Source: Nitrospiraceae bacterium (GTDB lineage: Bacteria > Nitrospirota > Nitrospiria > Nitrospirales > Nitrospiraceae). Taken from it: a stretch of DNA of 31,909 nt. The notes beneath the pieces are model-generated. The model searched no databases, was not told the origin of the DNA, and saw nothing but the letters and a program-made list of their open reading frames with translations. Both the position numbers and the translations under genes were made by a program. The first letter of the stretch is position 1; each line of letters begins with the position of its first letter. The stretch spans positions 1 through 31,909 of the forward strand of contig JBFWWG010000021.1 in the NCBI GenBank assembly GCA_050246315.1, written 5' to 3'. Shown here piece after piece: positions 7,166 through 15,093 of this stretch.

Positions 7166-9850
7166 TTATGGATGCGCGGCGCGCCAGTTGCTCCCCACCC
7201 CCACATCCACCTTCAGCGGCACCGACAGGCCCAGCTTCTCCCCTGTCGCCTCCATTTCCGACCGGACAAGGTGCCTCGTCCGCTCCACATCCTCCTCCGG
7301 AGTCTCGAAGACCAACTCGTCGTGGACCTGTAAGATCATCTTGGTGCGGGGGAGTTGGTCGCGAAGGCAACGGTGCACGTTGATCATCGCCAACTTGATC
7401 AGGTCCGCGGCCGACCCTTGAATGGGACTGTTGACCGCCATGCGCTCGCCGAACCCGCGCTGGACCGGATCGGTGCTGGCGAGTTCGGGGATGGACCGGC
7501 GGCGTCCGAGAATCGTGGTCGTGTAGCCCCGTTCGCGCGCTTGGTCGATCGTGCGATCGAGGAACGCCTTCACCGCCGCATAGCGATCGAAATAGGCATC
7601 GATATATTTCTTGGCCTCGGCTTGGGTGATCCCCAGATTTTGGGACAATCCATAGGGACTGATGCCGTAGAGAATCCCGAAGACCACCGTCTTGGCGGCC
7701 CGGCGCATCTCCTTCGTGATACGGTCCGGCGGGAGGTTGAAGATCTCCACGGCGGTCGCCATGTGAATGTCCTCGCCCTGTTCAAACACCTTGATGAGTT
7801 TGTCGTCCTGCGAGAGATGCGCGAGAATCCGCGGCTCGATCTGACTGTAGTCCGCCGACAACAGCAGATGGCCCGGCGGCGGCACGAACGCCTCGCGGAT
7901 GCGCAGGCCGTATTCTCCTTTGACCGGGATGTTTTGAAGATTGGGGTCGGCCGAGGACAGGCGGCCGGTCGCGGCCACCGTCTGATTCAGCGACGTGTGC
8001 AAGCGCCCGGTTTCCGGATTGACCAGACTCGGCAGCGCCTCCACATAGGTCGATTTGAGCTTGCTCAGGCTGCGATAGTTGAGAATCTGCGCCGGCAGCT
8101 CATGCTGCGATGCCAACTGCGTCAGCGTATCCTCATCGGTGGAATAGCCGGTCTTCGTCTTGCGGATCGGCTTGAGCCCCAATTTCTCGAAGAGCACGGC
8201 GGCCAACTGTTTCGGCGAATTGATGTTGAATGCGCCGCCTGCAATGGAGGCAATCTGTCCCATCATCCGATCCAATTCGCGCTCCAGTTCCTTATTGAGT
8301 CCCTCCAGCGCCGCAACGTCGAGCAAGAAGCCCTGCCGCTCGACCTCGGCCAACACCGGCACGAGCGGCATCTCCACCTCCTCGAACAACCGCAACATAC
8401 CCTGAGCTTCTAAGCGTTCCTTCAGAACCGGGAAGAGCCGCTGGATGACAGTTGCGGCCTCACCGGCCTGATGCGCGCCGGGCGGAGGCTGCACGGTGAA
8501 GAGATCGGCCGGCGGCTCGGCCGCCGGACCTCCCCGGGCCCCGCGAAGCTGATAGCCCAGGATATCAAGCGCGACAGTCTCCAAACTGTGGCTCCGGCGG
8601 TTGGGGTTCAGCAGATAGGCCGCGATCATCGTATCGAAATGAGGTCCCGCAAGATCGAGTCCGTCTCGTTTGAACGCCAGCCACACCGGCTTGAGGTCGT
8701 GGGCCACCTTCAGCACGATCGGATCGATCAGCAGGCCTTTCAGTATGGAGTCGAACTCAGTTCCTGGCCCTTCCACGTAGGCCGGAACGCCATCCGGTCC
8801 ACTGAACGCCACGCCCAGCACATCCGCACGGACCGGCGCCTGTTCGCTCAGCAGGCAGACCAGCGCAAGAGACCCTGCTTGTTTCATTCGATCCGCGAAT
8901 CGCTGGAGATCCGGCTGATCGCGAAGGAGCACCACTCCCTCACCCACAGTCTCTGATTCCGCCGGTGTCACCTGAATCGTTCGCAACAGGCTGTGAAACT
9001 CCAATTCGCGTAGAAGCGGAACGAGGTGGTCGGATTCCAGCGGCTTGACCCGATAGTCCTCCGGGTGAAACTCGATCGGCGCATCCACATGGATCGTCGC
9101 GAGCTTCCGGCTCAGCCGAGCCATGTCGGCCTGCTCGGTCAGCAACGTTTTCATTTTCGGCGGTTTCACCTCCTCCAGCCGCGACAGCATCGCCTCGATG
9201 GTGCCGAACTCGGCGATGAGCTTGGCCGCTGTCTTCTCACCGATGCCCTTCACCCCGGGAATGTTGTCCGTCGCATCCCCGACCAGTCCCATGACCTCGA
9301 CCACCCGCCCCGGCTCCACTCCGAACCGTTCACGACAGTCCGCTTCGGTAAACCATCGTTCTTTGACCGGATCGTAAATACGCACCGTCGGCGTCAGCAG
9401 CTGAAACATGTCCTTGTCGCTGGTGACAATCGCCACGTCATACCCGCCCTGTTCCGCCTTTCGCGCCAACGCTCCGATGAGATCGTCGGCCTCGTATCCT
9501 TGCAACCTCACAACCGGAATCCTGAAGGCTTCCACGACCCTGTGAATGTAGGGAATTTGCGCCTGCATCCCGTCCGGCATCGGCGGCCGCTGGGCCTTGT
9601 ACGCTTTGAATTCCTCGTGCCGGTGGGTCGGTCCTTTTTCGTCGAATACGATCGCGAGACCTTGCGGCTGGTGCTCGCGCAGAATCTTGGCGAGCATCGT
9701 CGTGAACCCGTAAATGGCATTGGTTTGAAGGCCTTTGGAGTTCGTCAAGGCCGGCAGGGCAAAGAACGCCCGATAGATGTAGGCGCTTCCGTCGATCAGA
9801 TAGAGCAACGGACGCGGGGTGTCATGAGGTGCCGGAGCAGCGGTGGCCAT
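7166..9850 (-). CDS. polA: DNA polymerase I
   Basis: LYLIDGSAYIYRAFFA 5'-3' exonuclease, GYEADD, TGRLSSADPNLQNIP, SADYSQIEPRILAH, RRAAKTVVFGILYG, LQVHDELVFE. ATG at 9850 has GGAGG upstream. Confidence 0.98.
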   Translation of the reverse strand: MATAAPAPHDTPRPLLYLIDGSAYIYRAFFALPALTNSKGLQTNAIYGFTTMLAKILREHQPQGLAIVFDEKGPTHRHEEFKAYKAQRPPMPDGMQAQIPYIHRVVEAFRIPVVRLQGYEADDLIGALARKAEQGGYDVAIVTSDKDMFQLLTPTVRIYDPVKERWFTEADCRERFGVEPGRVVEVMGLVGDATDNIPGVKGIGEKTAAKLIAEFGTIEAMLSRLEEVKPPKMKTLLTEQADMARLSRKLATIHVDAPIEFHPEDYRVKPLESDHLVPLLRELEFHSLLRTIQVTPAESETVGEGVVLLRDQPDLQRFADRMKQAGSLALVCLLSEQAPVRADVLGVAFSGPDGVPAYVEGPGTEFDSILKGLLIDPIVLKVAHDLKPVWLAFKRDGLDLAGPHFDTMIAAYLLNPNRRSHSLETVALDILGYQLRGARGGPAAEPPADLFTVQPPPGAHQAGEAATVIQRLFPVLKERLEAQGMLRLFEEVEMPLVPVLAEVERQGFLLDVAALEGLNKELERELDRMMGQIASIAGGAFNINSPKQLAAVLFEKLGLKPIRKTKTGYSTDEDTLTQLASQHELPAQILNYRSLSKLKSTYVEALPSLVNPETGRLHTSLNQTVAATGRLSSADPNLQNIPVKGEYGLRIREAFVPPPGHLLLSADYSQIEPRILAHLSQDDKLIKVFEQGEDIHMATAVEIFNLPPDRITKEMRRAAKTVVFGILYGISPYGLSQNLGITQAEAKKYIDAYFDRYAAVKAFLDRTIDQARERGYTTTILGRRRSIPELASTDPVQRGFGERMAVNSPIQGSAADLIKLAMINVHRCLRDQLPRTKMILQVHDELVFETPEEDVERTRHLVRSEMEATGEKLGLSVPLKVDVGVGSNWRAAHP

Positions 9851-9876
9851 ATCAGCGGAATTCCTCCAGCGATCGT

Positions 9877-10320
9877 TCACGGACTCTTAATCACCAGCGG
9901 AGGCGTGCCGAATTTTTCCCGCATCTTGTTGATCGTGGACAGGACAGTCGGCTGACCGACCAATTTCCGCTCGAGTGCCCGCTTGCCCGGGAAATCCAAC
10001 AACGAAATACCGATCAGCATCGTGAGGAGTCCCTGACCGGGCAGGAACAACATGGCAAACCCCGCGATCAGAAAGATGACGCCCAGGACGTTCTTGGTCA
10101 GGTGGCCGAGCATGCGCAGCACGGGGTGGTGATTGCGCATCCATGATTGGGGATAGTCCGAATCGAAATAATTCGATGGGATCCGGACGAGAATCAGCGG
10201 AATGGCGATCAAGGTTCCGACGAAGAGGAACACGGAGGAGAACGCCAGCCAGAGCAACGTCTGGCCGGAGACATACGACTGTACGGTGGAGAGAAAGGAC
10301 TCCATAAGAGGACTGGGCAT
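9877..10320 (-). CDS. PGPGW-domain transmembrane protein
   Basis: Hydrophobic helices; KNVLGVIFLIAGFAMLFLPGQGLLTMLIGISLLDFPGKRALE. Start is 10320 or 10305. Confidence 0.85.
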   Translation of the reverse strand: MPSPLMESFLSTVQSYVSGQTLLWLAFSSVFLFVGTLIAIPLILVRIPSNYFDSDYPQSWMRNHHPVLRMLGHLTKNVLGVIFLIAGFAMLFLPGQGLLTMLIGISLLDFPGKRALERKLVGQPTVLSTINKMREKFGTPPLVIKSP

Positions 10321-10410
10321 CGTAGCATGCAGCTTCGGGGGACAACAATGATCGTCGGCCCTCGCCTGGACCGGCTCTCTCCTCAAGACCCTTTCGGTCC
10401 GACCCGCGGG

Positions 10411-10440
10411 TTTACGTCCCAGAAAGTCTCGGGCTATAAT
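10411..10440 (+). promoter_or_regulatory. Putative sigma70 promoter
   Basis: TTTACG-N18-TATAAT in the divergent intergenic region, upstream of the 10452 and 10850 genes. Confidence 0.45.
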
Positions 10441-10451
10441 GGCCTCGCAGT

Positions 10452-10847
10452 GTGTTCATCCGCGTCGATGCCGGAGCTACTTCCGTGCGCCGTCTGTCTC
10501 TCGACCGGGTTCACCGCGTGATCCGATACGGACTGCTCGTCGTCGCGGCTTCACCGTTCCTCTTGACGCCGAGCGCCGCGCAGGATGGGCCGGACCACGC
10601 CGTGGAGGTGGAGGTCAACAACAAGGGTATCGGCAAGGAGGCCGTGCTCCGCAAGGGCCCTCATGAATGGTACATTCTGGTGGAAGTCACCCCTGACAAC
10701 ACGGTGGTCATTCGCCAGGAAAAAAATCTCGACAGCTACGTGCTCGATGACAGTGAAACTCACGATCGCTCCTTTACCCCGGCCGAAGTCGATGCCGTGA
10801 TCGAGGAATTCGTCAGCAGCGCCAAAGTCAAGGCCGCCAAGTATTAG
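10452..10847 (+). CDS. Hypothetical exported protein
   Basis: Signal peptide (IRYGLLVVAASPFLLTPSAA|Q) followed by a beta-rich domain. The real start may be the GTG at 10518. Confidence 0.65.
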   Translation: MFIRVDAGATSVRRLSLDRVHRVIRYGLLVVAASPFLLTPSAAQDGPDHAVEVEVNNKGIGKEAVLRKGPHEWYILVEVTPDNTVVIRQEKNLDSYVLDDSETHDRSFTPAEVDAVIEEFVSSAKVKAAKY

Positions 10848-10849
10848 CG

Positions 10850-11284
10850 ATGTCCGGCATCACCCGTCCAGCCAAGCCCCGCTTCGTGATTTTTGCGCAC
10901 AACGCGACGTACGACAAGCTGCATCAAGTGGCGACGTTGGGTCTGACGGCCGCCGCCATGGGCCAGGAGGTCCTGGTCATCCTCTTGTTCTGGACGATCA
11001 AGAAACTGGCCGACGGTCGATTGGACGAGGTGGATTTTCCGCCCGAGTATGCGTCGGCGGGCGATGAGGTGCGGCGACTGCTGAAGGAAAAGAAAGTGCC
11101 GACGATCTCAGAGATGTTTCAGGAGGCGAAAGCGGTGGGATCGTTGAAACTGATTGCCTGCAGCGCCGGGCTGGAATATATGGGGGTCGATGCGGCGCGC
11201 GTCGAGAAGAACGTCGATGAGGTCATGGGACTGCCCTCGATTCTCTCTCTCACCGCCCACGCGGAAACGAAGCTGTTCATTTAG
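10850..11284 (+). CDS. DsrE/DsrF/DrsH-like family protein
   Basis: TAAAMGQEVLVILLFW, LKLIACSAGLEYMG, C-terminal LFI. Confidence 0.88.
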   Translation: MSGITRPAKPRFVIFAHNATYDKLHQVATLGLTAAAMGQEVLVILLFWTIKKLADGRLDEVDFPPEYASAGDEVRRLLKEKKVPTISEMFQEAKAVGSLKLIACSAGLEYMGVDAARVEKNVDEVMGLPSILSLTAHAETKLFI

Positions 11285-11327
11285 ACTATCAGACTCCTCA
11301 AAAGCCGCAGAGTCTAGGCTGCTGTAA

Positions 11328-11348
11328 TGTGGGGACTTAACACCCACA
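11328..11348. repeat. REP-like short hairpin at the left edge of the island
   Basis: tgtggg-gacttaaca-cccaca stem-loop. The gggacttaacaccc core resembles REP sequences found near RAYT genes (from recall, unverified). Confidence 0.35.
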
Positions 11349-11593
11349 GACTCAGAGAAATCGCCCCACGCTTGGTTCCGCATCCTATGACTTCAAAATG
11401 CTGTCTCTGGAAGATTGGGTACACTCCTTCAACGGAGACAGTGGGACCAATTTCGACCCATAGTGGCGGCGATCGGCATGGAAGCGATACGGAATGACGT
11501 GCACCTCGGCGGCAGTTGACAACGCTTGCGAACCGGAGGAGACTACGCCCCGTAGTTGCGGCGCCATCCCGAAGGTCAGGCAGAGGAGGTGGA

Positions 11594-12861
11594 ATGCCCA
11601 TCATCTACGTTCACGGCGTTGCGACGCGTGATCCCAATAGTTCCTTTGCCGAAATCAAGCAGTACCTACGTCGCTTCGTGGCGCCAGTGATCTCCGCCAA
11701 GCAGGAAGATGTTTTCATCGACCAGTCGTTCTGGGGTGACGCGGGGGCGCACTTCGCCTGGAACGGCGCGTCGCGTCCGCGATCGCTGCTGCTTGGTCAA
11801 GGCGCTGCCCCCCCCCTTCCGCGTCCGAGCGAGCATCGCTGGCCGCTGCGCTGCGCGCGTCGCTCGCGCAAGTCCCTGCCGCGCCGCCGGCTGCGCGCCC
11901 GTCCGGCCTAGTAAGCGGCCATGCGGGAGCGACCGCCGCTGAGACAGGCGCGTCCCTGCGATTGAAGGACCTGTCGACCGACGAGCTAAGCGATCTGCTT
12001 GCCGACCTCATCGCAGCGTCCGTCGATGATGCCGGCGTTCGCGCTCAAGCAACCCTTGCCGCCGACAGGCTGGCCCACGACGTCGACTTTCTCTCTAGCC
12101 TCGCCGCCGCTCCGGACTTGACGACCGAATGCGATGTCCTGGTCGCGCGACTGCGGGCGGAGGTGCCCTCAGCCGGACTCATTGGCATGGGCGGCGTGGC
12201 AGACTGGTTCCAAAACGTCGGCGATCGCGTTGGTGAGGCGATGAGCCGCGCCGTGAGCATCCCAGGCGTAGCCGCCTCCGCGGTGGCCGGAGAGTTTCGC
12301 AAAGGCTTAAACGAATTCGTCTCGATTTTCTTGGGCGACGTCTTCGCGTATCTGAACGAGCGATTCGATAGGGACAAGGCAAGTCCGGGCGAGATCCAGC
12401 GGCGCTTTCTCGACAAGCTCGATGAAGCCCAAAGGAGTCGCGCGCAGCGCGGCGACGAGCCGATAGTCGTGCTCAGCCACAGCATGGGCGGACAGATTGT
12501 CTACGACGCGATCACATACTTCGTCCCGCGTGATCGGCGCTTCGACAAGCTGCGGATCGATTTGTGGTGCGCGACCGCGAGCCAGGTGGGTTTCTTCGAG
12601 GAACAAAAGCTCTTCATCGAGAGCAAGGATGTCTATAAACCCGGGAATCCAGTCCCATTTCCTTCAGGCCACCTGACCGCGTGGTGGAACGTGTGGGACT
12701 ACAACGACTTCATCAGCTTCACCGCCAAGGACATCGTCGCCGGCGTCGACGATGGTCCCTACAACAGCGGCATGTCGCTGATCGGCGCGCATTCCGGTTA
12801 TCTGCAGCGGCCGAGCTTCTACCGCAAGCTCGCGGACAAAGTCCGCGCGGCTATCGCGTAG
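11594..12861 (+). pseudogene. Alpha/beta-hydrolase (lipase-like) split by a frameshift at a C9 tract; about 422 aa if repaired
   Basis: RBS aggaggt, ATG 11594, then MPIIYVHGV and FWGDAG. After C9 (11808-11816) the shifted frame reads without stops (SASERASLAAALRAS...SLRLKDLS) into ORF 11962-12861, which has FLGDVFAYL, VVLSHSMGG, WWNVWDYNDFIS and AHSGYL (Ser-Asp-His triad). Confidence 0.85.
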
Positions 12862-12872
12862 CGGGAGCTGCC

Positions 12873-14936
12873 ATGGGTCTTGCAGTAGATCAGAACACGC
12901 CCGGGCTTTGGATCGGCGACCAGTGGCGGGAAGGAACGTCCGGCTTGTTCGCAGTAGTCGTCGGCGTGAGCGGCTATGACCATCTCGACGGTGGCGATTC
13001 ACCAGCGCCCGAAACTTATGGCCTCGGGCAGCTCAGCGTCTCCGCGCTCACCGCCTATCGAATGTTCGAATGGCTGAGTGACGCTTACACGCTGGAAGGC
13101 TGCCCGGTGGCGCACGTGTGGATGCTGCTTGCGCCCACGCAGAAGGAGAAGGCGTTCGAGCCTGCGCTCGAACATCACCGCCTGGCGCCCACGATCGACA
13201 ACTGCGAACACGCTATCGGCCAATGGCAGGCGGCGATGCAGGCGTTGCCGCAGGGCGCCGCCGAGGGGAGCAGGGCGCTCTTTTTCTTCAGCGGCCACGG
13301 CCTCGAGGTCCACCAGAATCGGCAGATCCTGCTGCCAGCAGACTACCTGAGTCCGCCCGCGCGCAACCTGAACAACGCGCTGTCGACCGAGAACCTGATC
13401 AACGGGCTCGCTTCGCTGAAAGTGACGCGCCAGTTCTTTTTCCTCGACGCCTGTCGCAACGACAATCAGAAGCTGCGAGAGAAGCTTATCCAAGGCCGCA
13501 AGGTCTTGAACGAAGACGTTTCCGCGCTGGTCAATCCCGACGTCATCGCTCCGATCCTGTACGCGACGGCGTCGGGGCAACAGGCCTTTCAGCAGCCCGA
13601 GCCGCATGCCGGGCTGTCGCTGTTCGGAACGGCGCTGCTCGACGGCCTCGCCGGCAAGCCCGATATCGAGCTGAAGCGCACTAACGGGCACTGGTCGGTG
13701 AACGTCTATCCGCTGCAGGGTTACGTCAAGTCGCGCATCATCAAGCTGCTCGAGCAGGCGAAGGAGCGCGTGCGGCAGCCTGTGAAGCTCGGCGGCACCT
13801 CGGACAACGAGATCGTCACGCTTGTGCCTAAACCGAGACGCGCGGTTGTGATATCCCCGACTGCCCCGCCGCTTTCGGTGCAGCGCGCAATGCGGGTCGA
13901 GAAGGCGCTCGGCGCGACGTTTTCGGTCAGCCGCAAGCCGCCCAAACGAGCTCAAGCTGGCGGTTGGTCGCAGGACGACGAGGTCGGGCACAAAGCCTTC
14001 GGGTCCGAGTCCGCAACCGGGCTTTGGGGCAACTTGCGCCTGATCGCCCTTACCAGCGGCGTCGAAAAGGGCGCCGGTGAGGTGGTCCTGCACCAGGTAT
14101 CGCGCGCCAAGGACACGCGTCGCTTCCAGGTAGAGATCAGCCCAATTGGCAGCGACCCGCTCGGGCATTGGCTGGAATTATTCGACAGCAAGTGCCGATT
14201 TGGCGCGCTGCTGCCGTCGGACAGATCCGAGACGCTGCGGTATATCGTCGAGTTCGATCTGGAATTTCGTGAGGAGGACCCGGACGCGGTGCGTCGCATT
14301 TCCAGACTCCAGGTAACGCTTTCCCCGACGTTGAGCGGCTCAGCCGGGATCGCCGCCAAGTTATGGGAGACCTACAACGCGTCGGACGCGGGCACCGCTA
14401 CGCAAGTGATTCAAGACCAGAAGCTCGCCGAGCGCCTCCTGGCGAAGAAGATCGAGTCGCCGCTCGCCGCGGCGATCGCTTCATTAGTGCTGTTGCGCGC
14501 GAATCGGCTCGACCTCCTGCACGACTGGGTGAGAAACGTCGCGAACTGGTTCCCGCATCTTCCGGACGGCGCTACGCTATGGGCGGAGCAGACGCTGCGG
14601 CAGTCCAAAAAGGCCGATGCCATCCGCGAAGCCGCGGCCTACACGAGCCAACTCACCGGCCGGGGGTTGCCGCTGATGACGGAAACCGTTGCCTACGCGG
14701 CGCGCCATCTCGAACTGCTCGTCCAACGTACCGACGTGCTCGATGCGGATCTGCTTGGACGGCTGGCGCACTTGCGGGAGCGAATGGCGCAGGTGCTTGT
14801 CTACTTCAGGACCGACGGTCTATTCTCCGTCTTCACCGGCTACGACGAGAGATCACAAGTACTAGAGCCGCTTGGACTCGGCGCAATTCGCCTCGGGACA
14901 ACGCCATCGATCTCAAGTTACGAGGCTTCGCCATAG
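12873..14936 (+). CDS. Caspase-like (peptidase C14) protease with an unrecognised C-terminal domain, 687 aa
   Basis: FAVVVGVSGY, FFFSGHG (catalytic His), FFLDACR (catalytic Cys), LYATASGQQAF, SLFGTALLDGL. ATG lies 11 nt after the hydrolase stop, with ggag upstream. Confidence 0.92.
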   Translation: MGLAVDQNTPGLWIGDQWREGTSGLFAVVVGVSGYDHLDGGDSPAPETYGLGQLSVSALTAYRMFEWLSDAYTLEGCPVAHVWMLLAPTQKEKAFEPALEHHRLAPTIDNCEHAIGQWQAAMQALPQGAAEGSRALFFFSGHGLEVHQNRQILLPADYLSPPARNLNNALSTENLINGLASLKVTRQFFFLDACRNDNQKLREKLIQGRKVLNEDVSALVNPDVIAPILYATASGQQAFQQPEPHAGLSLFGTALLDGLAGKPDIELKRTNGHWSVNVYPLQGYVKSRIIKLLEQAKERVRQPVKLGGTSDNEIVTLVPKPRRAVVISPTAPPLSVQRAMRVEKALGATFSVSRKPPKRAQAGGWSQDDEVGHKAFGSESATGLWGNLRLIALTSGVEKGAGEVVLHQVSRAKDTRRFQVEISPIGSDPLGHWLELFDSKCRFGALLPSDRSETLRYIVEFDLEFREEDPDAVRRISRLQVTLSPTLSGSAGIAAKLWETYNASDAGTATQVIQDQKLAERLLAKKIESPLAAAIASLVLLRANRLDLLHDWVRNVANWFPHLPDGATLWAEQTLRQSKKADAIREAAAYTSQLTGRGLPLMTETVAYAARHLELLVQRTDVLDADLLGRLAHLRERMAQVLVYFRTDGLFSVFTGYDERSQVLEPLGLGAIRLGTTPSISSYEASP

Positions 14937-14966
14937 CCTACAGCTCACCCTCGAAGGGCGATCTGC

Positions 14967-15069
14967 TACAGCCTTCCTGAAATCGGTCGGGCATTGGCTT
15001 GCACTACTCGACGATCAGTCGCATCGTGAATCCCCAGAAAAGTGACGGTGCAGACAACAAGATCCCCCC
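14967..15069 (+). pseudogene. Remnant of the C-terminal HTH of a RAYT-like (Y1 HUH) transposase
   Basis: Translates YSLPEIGRAL, then after a 1-nt slip GLHYSTISRIVNPQKSDGADNKI, ending aagatcccccc. This fits the Y.L.EIG..LGLHYSTVSR tail and aagacctgacccc end of such elements (from recall). Confidence 0.55.
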
Positions 15070-15093
15070 ATCACCACTATTTCAGAAAGCACT

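Noticed and set aside
7355..9955. Long antisense ORFs opposite polA (and similar ones opposite the caspase, Kef and epimerase genes)
   Set aside because: Shadow ORFs produced by GC-rich codon bias on the coding strand; no motifs.
11962..12861. Independent 299-aa hydrolase starting at TTG 11962
   Set aside because: It lacks the oxyanion-hole strand encoded at 11594, and the frame stays open upstream to the C9 tract.
12681..12872. Arg-rich N-terminal extension of the caspase ORF
   Set aside because: It overlaps the hydrolase 3' end in another frame; ATG 12873 with an RBS is the more plausible start.
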